Shown: positions 47,639 through 56,386 of the stretch, in pieces
Layout: each line of letters opens with the position of its first letter
Position numbering within the stretch: the first letter of the stretch is position 1
Source: an uncultured Gemmatimonadaceae bacterium
GTDB lineage: Bacteria; Gemmatimonadota; Gemmatimonadetes; Gemmatimonadales; Gemmatimonadaceae
Assembly: GCA_963740355.1 (NCBI GenBank)
Contig: CAVUDW010000002.1
Location: 416,001 to 480,000, forward strand
DNA length: 64,000 nt
Direction of reading: 5' to 3'
Made by a program: the position numbers and the translations under genes
The notes under the pieces: generated by a model
What the model was told of the DNA's origin: nothing
Databases searched by the model: none
Seen by the model: only the letters and a program-made list of their open reading frames with translations

Positions 47639-49096
47639 ATGACCGAGTCACCGCTCGCGCTCGACGACCGCTTCCTCGCCAGCGTGGCCAGTGTGCCGGC
47701 TTCGGTCTGGACGCACTGGTTCGGCGACCGCTCCCTCGACGTATCGCGACCGGAAGAGCCGCAGCGAACACTGGTTGCCGCGTTCTCGCTGCCCGGCGCT
47801 GGCGGTCAGGCCGCGCTCTGCGTGTTCGAAACGACGTCCGGGCCGGGCAGCGGAACGCTGCAGCAGGCGGCCCTCCGTCGATGGTCGGGCACGGCCCCCG
47901 ATGGCTCCCAGACGATCCACGTCGAACGCGACGCCGCTGGCGCGGTCAGCTGGACGCTTTCCTCGGCCTGGTCCGACCCTGACCTCCGCAGTTGGCTCCG
48001 CGAGGCGCTCGCGGCCGGCGCCTCGTTACGCTCCGACGGCTGGGAGTGGCTGGCGACACCCGAACGACCGGCGGTCAACCGCACGACGGATGGCAGCGCT
48101 CGCCAGATCGCCGGGCGTCGTCACGACGTGGTGCTCTTCCCGCCGGGCGCGGTCGGAATCGTCTATCGCCGGCTGACCAAGGGGGCTCAGCCGGAGCTGG
48201 ACCTGCTTCGGCACCTCGAACGTGTACCAGGCGTGCGCGTGGCACCGACGATACTTGGTAGCGCCATCATTCGATCACCAAACGGGCAGCGAAGCGCAAG
48301 CGCGCTGCTTGAAGACATCGTTCCCGAGGCGGCGACCGTTCGATCCGTGCTGGTCAACCGGCTCAGGCGCGCGCTCGACGGCGATCCCTCGCTGCAGGCC
48401 GTCGCCCTCGACGACGTGCGCGCGGTCGGCATCGTGTCCCGTGAACTGCACGCCGCGCTAGGCCGTCCCTTCGAACAGGGCGTGCTGGCCGGCGCACTGC
48501 CCGCCACCGCGCACGATGTCGAGACCTGGGTCGCGCGCGCCTGGGCCGCCCTCTCGAATGCCACCAGCGCGCTCCGCGCCTCCGGACGCAGCGAACCGGC
48601 CCTCATGCGCGCGCTCGAGCTGCTGCCTGGCAAACTCCAGCAGTTCTCAGCCGTCGCCGAAGCGTCGCCGGGACTGACTCACCGTATCCACGGCAACCTG
48701 CGTCTCGACACCATTCTCATGTCGCCGCCGCGCCGGCTGAGCGTCGTCGAGTTCGACGGAGACTCCTTCCTCGCCGACGACGAACGTGTCTCGCCGCAAT
48801 CGCCGTGGCGCGATGCGGCACACCTGCTCATTTCCATTGCGGAGGCCGCTGCTGAAGCCGCCGGCCTCGTGGGCGGCGACGAGAAGGCGTTCGAGATCGC
48901 CTGGCTCTGGGAGCGTGAGGCGCGCAAGGCGTACCTCGAGGGCTACGGCACGGGAGGCGGCGCGCTCCACGCGCTGCTGGCGATTTTCGAACTCGAGTTC
49001 GCCTCACAGCATCTTCGCGAAGCCGTCTCCCGGGATGATGGCAGTGTCGCGGTCGGGGCGCACACCCTGGAGCGGCTTTCGCGCACCATCGTGTGA
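47639..49096 (+). CDS. Maltokinase (Mak/Pep2)-like APH-fold protein, catalytically degenerate
   Basis: YRRLTKGAQPELDL, RELHAAL, RIHGNLRL, VVEFDGD, SPWRDAA, WEREARKAYLEGY and FELE follow the Mak motif order. Confidence 0.7.
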   Translation: MTESPLALDDRFLASVASVPASVWTHWFGDRSLDVSRPEEPQRTLVAAFSLPGAGGQAALCVFETTSGPGSGTLQQAALRRWSGTAPDGSQTIHVERDAAGAVSWTLSSAWSDPDLRSWLREALAAGASLRSDGWEWLATPERPAVNRTTDGSARQIAGRRHDVVLFPPGAVGIVYRRLTKGAQPELDLLRHLERVPGVRVAPTILGSAIIRSPNGQRSASALLEDIVPEAATVRSVLVNRLRRALDGDPSLQAVALDDVRAVGIVSRELHAALGRPFEQGVLAGALPATAHDVETWVARAWAALSNATSALRASGRSEPALMRALELLPGKLQQFSAVAEASPGLTHRIHGNLRLDTILMSPPRRLSVVEFDGDSFLADDERVSPQSPWRDAAHLLISIAEAAAEAAGLVGGDEKAFEIAWLWEREARKAYLEGYGTGGGALHALLAIFELEFASQHLREAVSRDDGSVAVGAHTLERLSRTIV

Positions 49097-49127
49097 CCCT
49101 TGCCGGGCTCCTGTGTATGATGACAGC

Positions 49128-50123
49128 GTGACACAACTGCCACGCCACATCCTCGTCACAGGTGCATCGGGCTTTCTTGGCGGCCACACAGTGCGTGCGC
49201 TCCAGCAGTGCGGTGTTGTCGTCCGTGCGCAGGGGCGCGATCCCTCACGCCTGTCGTTCGATGCCGGTGTCACCATCTGCCGCGGTGACCTGACGGACAT
49301 CGCCTTTCTGGCCGACGCCGCCCGTGGATGCGACGCCATCGTCCATGCGGCAGCCCTGTCTGCGCCGTGGGGCCCACGGCAGGATTTTGTCGACGCGAAC
49401 GTGGCCGGTACCGCGAACGTCATCGCTGCCGCCCGAGCCACTGGTGTCCGTCGCCTGGTCCACATCTCGTCGCCAGCGGTGGTCTTCGACGGTCGCGACC
49501 AGTTCGAGCTTGACGACACCGCCCCAGTGCCACACCGCCACACGAGCGAATACGCGCGCACCAAACAGCTCGCCGAGTCGCTGGTGAGCGCGGCGTCGGC
49601 GTCGCTGGAAACGGTGACGCTGCGGCCAAAAGCGATCTATGGCGCCGGTGACCGCGCGCTGGTGCCGCGCCTGATGCGTGCCGCACGCGCCGGCCGACTG
49701 CCGCAGATCGGCGATGGCAGGAACGAGGTCGATGTCACGCATGTCGAGGACGTGGTGCGGGCGATCGTCTGTTCGCTTCGCACGGCGCGCGGCCTCGGCG
49801 AGGCCTTCCTGATCACCGGCGGCGAACATGTACCGCTCTGGGGAATGATTCGGGAGCTCCTCGCCGGAGTCGGTCTGCCGGCTCCCGGGCGGTCCATTCC
49901 GCTTCCACTGGCGCTGATCGCCGCGACGGCGATGGAAGCGGTTGCCGCCGTCACTGGTCGCGAGCCGACGCTGACGCGGTATTCAGCGCTCATTCTCGCA
50001 CGCACCCAGACCTACGACATCTCGCGGGCTCGACGGCTCCTCGACTACGAGCCGCAGGTGCCGGCAGCCGTCGGTGTGGCGCGAACGATTGATGCGTTGC
50101 GCGCCGAGGCCGGCCGCGCATGA
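49128..50123 (+). CDS. NAD-dependent epimerase/3-beta-HSD-like reductase
   Basis: TGASGFLG, HAAALSAPWG, HISSP, YARTK and LRPKAIYG motifs. Confidence 0.9.
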   Translation: MTQLPRHILVTGASGFLGGHTVRALQQCGVVVRAQGRDPSRLSFDAGVTICRGDLTDIAFLADAARGCDAIVHAAALSAPWGPRQDFVDANVAGTANVIAAARATGVRRLVHISSPAVVFDGRDQFELDDTAPVPHRHTSEYARTKQLAESLVSAASASLETVTLRPKAIYGAGDRALVPRLMRAARAGRLPQIGDGRNEVDVTHVEDVVRAIVCSLRTARGLGEAFLITGGEHVPLWGMIRELLAGVGLPAPGRSIPLPLALIAATAMEAVAAVTGREPTLTRYSALILARTQTYDISRARRLLDYEPQVPAAVGVARTIDALRAEAGRA

Positions 50124-50947
50124 GTCGAAGTCCCACAGTGAGGCTCGCGGGCTTCGACACCGGATTTTGCACGGCGAGGTCGTCGATGATCGCGACCGGC
50201 ACAGGCTGGCGTGAAGTGCGATGCCACGCGCCGGCGTTCCTGCTGGTGCACCCGTCGCACGGCGCCGTGCTCTTCGACACCGGGTACGCGCCGCGCCTGC
50301 TCGAGGTGTTCGCGCACTGGCCGGAGCGACTCTACAAGTACGCCACGCCCACCACGCTCGGTGTGCCTCTCGTGGACCAGCTGGCCGAACATGGCGTGCC
50401 AGCCGATGCCGTGACGCGCGTGATCGTCTCCCACCTGCACGCTGACCACGTCGCGGGCCTGCGTGATTTTTCGCGTGCGACGTTCGTGCTGTCTCGCGAG
50501 GCACTTTCGCTCCAGGAACGAGCGCATGGAATCGACGCCGTGCGGCGCGGGATCCTGCAGCGACTCTTTCCAGTGGATTTTGCCCAGCGGACGCAGGTCG
50601 TCGAGCGGTATGACGACCCTCCGATTCCAGGACTCGGCGCCACTCATGACCTCTTTGGTGATGGCAGCGTCCGCCTCGTTCCGTTGCCTGGTCATGCGCG
50701 TGGACAGTTGGGTGCGCTGCTGCAGACTGATCGAGGGGAGGTGTTGTTGTGCGCTGACGGTGCGTGGACGTCACGAGCGTACCGCGAGGAACGCGCGCCG
50801 CACTGGGTGACTGGCGCCATGCAGGATGACATGCCGGCGCTGCGGGCGACGCTTCAGCGACTCCGCCAGTTTGCAATCGCTCGACCGGCGGTGACCCTGC
50901 TGCCAACGCACTGCCCTGAAACCTTGCAGTGGCTGGCCGTGAGATGA
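50120..50947 (+). CDS. Metallo-beta-lactamase-fold hydrolase
   Basis: LFDTGY, SHLHADH, DLFGDGS and LPGHARG motifs, plus PTHC; ATGA overlap with the upstream gene. Confidence 0.9.
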   Translation: MSRSPTVRLAGFDTGFCTARSSMIATGTGWREVRCHAPAFLLVHPSHGAVLFDTGYAPRLLEVFAHWPERLYKYATPTTLGVPLVDQLAEHGVPADAVTRVIVSHLHADHVAGLRDFSRATFVLSREALSLQERAHGIDAVRRGILQRLFPVDFAQRTQVVERYDDPPIPGLGATHDLFGDGSVRLVPLPGHARGQLGALLQTDRGEVLLCADGAWTSRAYREERAPHWVTGAMQDDMPALRATLQRLRQFAIARPAVTLLPTHCPETLQWLAVR

Positions 50948-52287
50948 ACCGAGTCGGAATCGTGGCGTCGTACCTCGCCGCGCGGTGGCGTGCTGCCACG
51001 TTGCATGGCGCGCGGCTGCAGGCGTGGCAGGATCAGCGCGCGCGAGCGCTCGTGGACCATGTTCGCGAACGCAGCCCTTTCTATCGCGAGACATGGAACG
51101 GTGTGCCCTCGGCCCAGTGGCGCGACTTCGCCACCGTCGACAAGCGCGCCATGATGGAGCACTTCGACCGATTCACGACGATCGGTGTGACTCGTGACGC
51201 CGTGATGCGGATCGCGCTCGACGCCGAACAGCAGCGTGATTTCAGTGCTGTCGTGGACGGTCACACAGTGGGACTGTCGAGCGGCACATCGGGTCATCGT
51301 GGGCTCTTTCTCGTCAGCCCCGCCGAGCAGACGCGATGGGCAGGTACGATCCTCGTTCGCGCGATCCCCGACCTGCGGCCAGGGCATCGCGTGGCATTCT
51401 TCCTCCGCGCGAACAGTCGACTCTACGAGCGCACGTCATCGGTCGTGACGTTCCGCTTTTTCGACCTGCTGCAGCCACTGTCCGCGATGATCGAGGAATT
51501 GAACGCCTTCCATCCGCGACTGATCGTTGGTCCGCCCTCCCTGCTCGGCCTGCTCGCCGACGCCCGTGAGCGTGGCACGCTGCATGTCACACCGTCGCGA
51601 TTGATCTCGGTGGCCGAAGTGATCGAGCCACATGACCGGGCGCGGATCGAGCGTAGCTTTCAGGTCGCGGTCGGTGAGGTGTACCAGTGCACCGAGGGCC
51701 TCGTGGCGGTCGCATGCGGCCACGGGTCGCTGCATGTGCAGGAGGATGTGATGGTGATGCAGACCGAACAACTTTCCATCGACGATCCGTCGCGCGTGTC
51801 ACCCATCCTCACCGATCTCTGGCGGCGGGTGCAGCCCATCGTGCGCTACCGACTGGGCGATGTGCTGCGAATGGAGAGCGCCCCGTGCGCCTGCGGATCA
51901 TCGTGGCGTCGCATCGGCGCAATTGAAGGGCGGCAGGATGATCTCTGCTGGTTCCCCCAGGCTGACGAAACGTTGCGGGTGGTCTTTCCCGATGCGATCC
52001 GGCGCATGGTACTGCTGGCCGACGAACGCATCACTGAATATCGGGTGGAGCAGGCGGAGGCGGGTGCCTTGCTGGTCCAGATCGACGTCGTGGATGCCGC
52101 TGCGTTCGACGAGGTCGCGGCGCGCTTGCGAACCACGATCATCAACACCCTTGGCACGTATGGTTGTCGCGCGACCGTCGTTGCGATCTCGCACGGTGTG
52201 CCGACGCCGGTCACCGGTGCGAAACGGCGCCGCGTCCTTTGCACCTGGCGTCGAGGATCCTCGATGCCACTCGCCAGTGTGTCATGA
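50944..52287 (+). CDS. Adenylate-forming enzyme (F390 synthetase/PaaK-like)
   Basis: SPFYR, LSSGTSGHRG, EVYQCTEG, PIVRYRLGD and EGRQDD motifs; ATGA overlap. Confidence 0.88.
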   Translation: MNRVGIVASYLAARWRAATLHGARLQAWQDQRARALVDHVRERSPFYRETWNGVPSAQWRDFATVDKRAMMEHFDRFTTIGVTRDAVMRIALDAEQQRDFSAVVDGHTVGLSSGTSGHRGLFLVSPAEQTRWAGTILVRAIPDLRPGHRVAFFLRANSRLYERTSSVVTFRFFDLLQPLSAMIEELNAFHPRLIVGPPSLLGLLADARERGTLHVTPSRLISVAEVIEPHDRARIERSFQVAVGEVYQCTEGLVAVACGHGSLHVQEDVMVMQTEQLSIDDPSRVSPILTDLWRRVQPIVRYRLGDVLRMESAPCACGSSWRRIGAIEGRQDDLCWFPQADETLRVVFPDAIRRMVLLADERITEYRVEQAEAGALLVQIDVVDAAAFDEVAARLRTTIINTLGTYGCRATVVAISHGVPTPVTGAKRRRVLCTWRRGSSMPLASVS

Positions 52288-53321
52288 CAAGTCTTGCAAC
52301 TGTGCCCACAGATTCCGGCGCGTTGACCTGCGCGCCGTTGCCCGTACGGATTTCCGGGATCGGGTCGTACCTGCCAGCACGCGTCGTGTCCAGCGATGAA
52401 CTCGAAGTCGAGCTGGGTCTCGCACCCGGCTGGATCCTCGAGCGCACTGGCGTCCGGGAACGCCGGCGATGCGTCGGCGAGAGTTCGGCTTTCATGGCGG
52501 CCGCTGCGGCACGCGACGCACTGGCCACGGCCGGTCTCCAGCCCGCGGATCTCACCGCGATCATTGGAGCGTCGAGCACTCCGCAACAGGCCATTCCGTG
52601 CACCGCGGTTTTCGTACAACGCGAGCTTGGCGCACCGGAGGGTGTGGCGGCCTGTTTCGACGTCAATGCAACCTGCCTCTCGTTCCTTGCGGCGTTCGAT
52701 GTGGCCGCACGGCTGGTGGCCGGTGGTGCGCACCGGCACGTGCTGGTCTTCAGCAGTGAAAGTGCCGCGCACAGCCTCAATCCACACGAGCCGGAGAGCG
52801 CCGTGTTGTTCGGTGATGCCGCTGCGGCAGTGGTTGTGTCGCATGCCGGCGAGAGTGGCGCGGCGCTGCACACCACCCGTCTCCAGACCTGGAACAGTGG
52901 CGCAGAGCTCAGCCAGATCAGCGGTGGGGGTACGCTGCATCATCCCAACGACCCCAACACAACGACATCGCACAACCTGTTTGCCATGCGTGGGCCGCAG
53001 CTGTTCCGGAAGGCGGCGCCGCTGCTGCTGCCATTCATGGACGAGCTGTGTGGCAGCGCGGGTTGGTCCCGCGACGAAATCGCGGCGGTGGTGCCGCATC
53101 AGGCATCCCGACACGGGATCGAGCTCGGATGGAAGCTGCTCGGTTTCCGCGAAGATCAGATCGTGGTGAACCTCGCGACGCGCGGCAACTGCATTGCGGC
53201 CTCGATTCCCCTGGCGCTGGCGGAAGCCGTTGCGTCAGGACGAGTCTCGCGCGGCGATCGGGTGCTGCTCTTCGGACTGGCCGCTGGACTCAGCCTCGGC
53301 GGCGCCGCGATCACGTTCTGA
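52284..53321 (+). CDS. FabH-like 3-oxoacyl-ACP synthase III
   Basis: Triad NATCLSF / VPHQAS / GNCIAASIP; LFGDAAAA; ATGA overlap. Confidence 0.9.
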   Translation: MTSLATVPTDSGALTCAPLPVRISGIGSYLPARVVSSDELEVELGLAPGWILERTGVRERRRCVGESSAFMAAAAARDALATAGLQPADLTAIIGASSTPQQAIPCTAVFVQRELGAPEGVAACFDVNATCLSFLAAFDVAARLVAGGAHRHVLVFSSESAAHSLNPHEPESAVLFGDAAAAVVVSHAGESGAALHTTRLQTWNSGAELSQISGGGTLHHPNDPNTTTSHNLFAMRGPQLFRKAAPLLLPFMDELCGSAGWSRDEIAAVVPHQASRHGIELGWKLLGFREDQIVVNLATRGNCIAASIPLALAEAVASGRVSRGDRVLLFGLAAGLSLGGAAITF

Positions 53322-53414
53322 CCGTCCACGCCAGAGGACACCGACTGGCACGAAGCGGGGACGAAAACCCATGTGCGTTATTGATAAAGCATTTTCCTTC
53401 AACGCTTTACGTCA

Positions 53415-53430
53415 CGGCACGCGCGGTGCA
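53415..53430 (+). promoter_or_regulatory. Putative sigma54 (-24/-12) promoter
   Basis: cGGCAC-gcgcg-gTGCA with correct GG/GC spacing; AT-rich upstream segment. Confidence 0.55.
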
Positions 53431-53476
53431 ATGAAGGAAACCGTCCCGATCGAAGCGGATCACAAACGGAGGTTCC

Positions 53477-53995
53477 ATGCGCACCACCTTTTTCGTCGCA
53501 GCCTGTTTCACCCTGCTCGCGCCAGCCGTGTCTCTCGCTGCCGCGCCGGGCTCTGGCGCGGCGCCATCCATGGGCATGTTCAGCGCGTCAGCGCTCGCCA
53601 TGTCACCAGCAGGTGCGTACGCCACTCCGGGACAGCGCGGCGACGACTGGCGCGATCGTGATGACAAGCACTGCGGTCGCGGCAATGCGTGGGGCTGTCG
53701 TCGCAATCGCGACGACCGCGACGATCGATATGACCGCCGTGACCGTGATCGCTACGAACGCGATCGATACGACCGTGACCGGTACGAGCGTGAGCGTTAC
53801 GAGCGCGAGCGGTATGAACGCGCCCGATACGAGCGCGAGCGCATCGAGCAGGAGCGCTACGAACGTGCGCGATATCGCGCTCGGTACGGATATCGCGATC
53901 GTCGCTACGAGCGGTATGACGGATATCCGACGGCCTGCCTGCGCGCCGGCGGACGGGTGATGGGCGGCGCGGTGCTCGTCATCTGTGTGCCGTGA
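53477..53995 (+). CDS. Secreted low-complexity R/Y/E/D-repeat protein
   Basis: GGAGG SD; signal peptide; CGRGNAWGC; tandem RYERD/RYERE repeats. Confidence 0.75.
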   Translation: MRTTFFVAACFTLLAPAVSLAAAPGSGAAPSMGMFSASALAMSPAGAYATPGQRGDDWRDRDDKHCGRGNAWGCRRNRDDRDDRYDRRDRDRYERDRYDRDRYERERYERERYERARYERERIEQERYERARYRARYGYRDRRYERYDGYPTACLRAGGRVMGGAVLVICVP

Positions 53996-54081
53996 TCACG
54001 TCCGGTGATCGCGTGAACTGATCACCGTCGGTCGTACGGGAAGCTGCGCGGCGCTGTGCGCCGGTCAGGACGAAGCGCGAG

Positions 54082-54321
54082 TCAGAATTCTGGCTCGCGC
54101 TTCGTCGTCTTGCCCGGCACGGCCGGCAGGGCACTCACGTCGCGACCACAGGTCACGCAGAAATGCCAGCCTGGCTCGACCTCGCTGCTGCACGCGGGGC
54201 ATTGTGCGATGGTGACGTTCATCCCGCAATGCGGGCAGAACGTCACGGCACGTCCCGCGGGCAATGCATTGGTGCAGTACGGACAGGGCCCACCCTTGTC
54301 GGTGGCGTTCGTGTTGGACAT
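54082..54321 (-). CDS. Double zinc-ribbon protein
   Basis: Four CxxC pairs: CPYC, CPHC, CPAC, CVTC; GGAG SD upstream. Confidence 0.8.
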   Translation of the reverse strand: MSNTNATDKGGPCPYCTNALPAGRAVTFCPHCGMNVTIAQCPACSSEVEPGWHFCVTCGRDVSALPAVPGKTTKREPEF

Positions 54322-54327
54322 CTGGTG

Positions 54328-55443
54328 CTACTCCCGCGACGAAAGAGTCGGCAGCATGCGCTCCAGCGACAACACGTCGAGTGACGCCGGTCGATCCGGC
54401 CACGTGTCGCGCCAGCAGACGATCAGGTCGCACGCGGCTGGGTTGCGCCCAGCATCCCGGAATTGCCGACTCTCGAGCTCGAAGTCGATGCGCAGGCGTG
54501 CCCACTTGCCCGGCGCGATCTGGCGCTTGGCCTCGCAACGCGGAAAGCCACTCGACATCGCCTCGACATTGAAGCCGAGTTCGCGCGCGACCATGCCGAA
54601 AAGGAAGATCACGCCGCCCACGTCGACCGGAGCGTGACGCACACCGCGAAACTCGATTGGGTCACCGTACACAGACGGCACGGAGAGTGGCGTGATGCGG
54701 GACAACATCTGCGCGTTTGCGACGGTGACGCCGTGCATCGCGTGCAGGGGTGCCGTTGCGGGCGCCTCATGCTGCATCAGCAGGGGCAGGTCAGCCAGCG
54801 ACGGAAGCGTGGCCGGCACCTTCGGCTGCTCGCCAGCAGGCGTTGATGCGGACGTTGCCTCGGATGTGGCCGACGGCGCCGTGTCGGCAGGTGATGGTTT
54901 CGCACGCGACGATTCATCGACGGTGGTGGAGTCGAGAGTGGCTTCGCCGGAAACACTGGCCTGCGCCATCTCGTCGTCCTCGCGATCCATTGCTGCGCCG
55001 ATGGCGATGGCATCGGACAGCACGATGCGTTCCTTCGCGTCGGCCTCGCCGGTTGATGCCGGCTCGTCGGCGCGGTCGATGGGCGCCTTGATGTCCGAAA
55101 GAATGGGCATGCGGATCGCGCCCATCCGCACTTCCACCGTCTGCAGTCGACGCAACAGCCCAGTGTCTGGATCTGGTGACGCGAGCTCCTTCTTGATCAC
55201 CGCGACGGTGTCAGGATCGCAGATCAGCCAGCCGCGTTCTCCCGACAGCAGTTCCAGAACGGCGTGCTCGTAGTCCTGCAGCGTGTCGACGCCAAGCTCA
55301 TTGCGATACGTCCGATACGGCACGAGCGCCTGCACGATCTCCGCCACGGAAAACGGTGCGCGCAGCTGATCCGGACCACCCGCAGACAGCGTGCGGACGA
55401 GACGATCGAAGATGCGTTCGAGGACTGAAGCGTCAGCGGTCAT
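54328..55443 (-). CDS. Hypothetical protein: helical N-domain, disordered linker, degenerate PD-(D/E)xK nuclease-like C-domain
   Basis: C-terminus YGDPIEFRGVRHAP...FLFGMVARELGF...GFPRCEAKR...RIDFELESRQF...CDLIVCW; TATTCT 6 nt before ATG 55443. Confidence 0.7.
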   Translation of the reverse strand: MTADASVLERIFDRLVRTLSAGGPDQLRAPFSVAEIVQALVPYRTYRNELGVDTLQDYEHAVLELLSGERGWLICDPDTVAVIKKELASPDPDTGLLRRLQTVEVRMGAIRMPILSDIKAPIDRADEPASTGEADAKERIVLSDAIAIGAAMDREDDEMAQASVSGEATLDSTTVDESSRAKPSPADTAPSATSEATSASTPAGEQPKVPATLPSLADLPLLMQHEAPATAPLHAMHGVTVANAQMLSRITPLSVPSVYGDPIEFRGVRHAPVDVGGVIFLFGMVARELGFNVEAMSSGFPRCEAKRQIAPGKWARLRIDFELESRQFRDAGRNPAACDLIVCWRDTWPDRPASLDVLSLERMLPTLSSRE

Positions 55444-55463
55444 CACGGCAGAATAGGGAAGCG

Positions 55464-56087
55464 TCACGGTGCTGGAAGGGCTCGGGCTGGGACGAAGGCG
55501 GAGGCGCTCGGGAACGGTGAAGGTGGTCCACTTTTCCGGACCGCCGCAGGCAGGGATGCGAGCCATGCGGTGAAGCCGGAGTCGATCAGGCCACCAGACT
55601 GTGTCTGATTGGCCGCGGCGTTGGTGGCGAGATGATTGGCCCACTCGTTCTGCGGATGACCCGCGTGGCCCTTCACCCAGCGCCACTCGACTTCGTGGCC
55701 TCCACCCGAGACGACCGACAACGCCGTGTGCCACAACGAGAGATTCTCGACCGGTTTCCCGTCAGCCTTGCGCCACTGCTTGCGAGCCCAGCCGTGGACC
55801 CACTGTGTCATGCCGTCCACCAGATACCGCGAATCGGTGGTGAACACGATGCTCAGCCGTTCGCCCTTCACTGACAGGTGTGTGAAAGCCTGAATCACAC
55901 TCTGCAATGCCATCCGGTTGTTCGTCGTGTCGCGCTCGCTGATCCAAAAATCTCTACAGACGAGTTCGCCGCTCTTCAGCTGGAATTCAACCAACCCCCC
56001 GGCGCCGCCGGGCGTCTCTCCCTGCTTGCCGTTCCCCAGGCAACTCTCGTCCGCGTACACGGCCACCAGCGGATACCGAGCGCTCAA
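55464..56087 (-). CDS. rnhA: Ribonuclease HI
   Basis: YADESCLGN, TTNNRMAL, TTDSRY, KPVENLSLW and WVKGHAGHPQNE motifs. Confidence 0.92.
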   Translation of the reverse strand: MSARYPLVAVYADESCLGNGKQGETPGGAGGLVEFQLKSGELVCRDFWISERDTTNNRMALQSVIQAFTHLSVKGERLSIVFTTDSRYLVDGMTQWVHGWARKQWRKADGKPVENLSLWHTALSVVSGGGHEVEWRWVKGHAGHPQNEWANHLATNAAANQTQSGGLIDSGFTAWLASLPAAVRKSGPPSPFPSASAFVPARALPAP

Positions 56088-56293
56088 CGCACCACCTCGA
56101 GCCGGTCGATGTCGTCGATGTTCAGCAGCAGGGGCAGGCCGCTCGACGGGTTCTGCGTGAGCAGCATTTCGCGCCCACCCTGCAGCTTGATCGCTTCAGG
56201 AATGACGACCATCTCGCCACCATTGAGTCGAATCGCGACGCGCGATCGGTCGACGATGGCGCGCTCGAGCGCGTCGTACTGTGCTGCGGTCAC
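56084..56293 (-). CDS. Small hypothetical protein
   Basis: VTAAQYDALERAIVD...LNIDDIDRLEVVR; stop overlaps the rnhA start; start uncertain. Confidence 0.6.
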   Translation of the reverse strand: MTAAQYDALERAIVDRSRVAIRLNGGEMVVIPEAIKLQGGREMLLTQNPSSGLPLLLNIDDIDRLEVVR

Positions 56294-56312
56294 GGCGACA
56301 TCCAGGGCATTG

Positions 56313-56386
56313 GGGTCAGGTACGAGAGCAGGTACGGGTACAGGGTCAGGCACAGCGTCAACCACAGCCTCAACCACAGCGTCAGG
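56313..56386. repeat. Short low-complexity tandem repeats
   Basis: CAGGTACG twice, GGGTCAGG twice and 12-mer CCACAGCsTCAA about three times. Confidence 0.55.
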
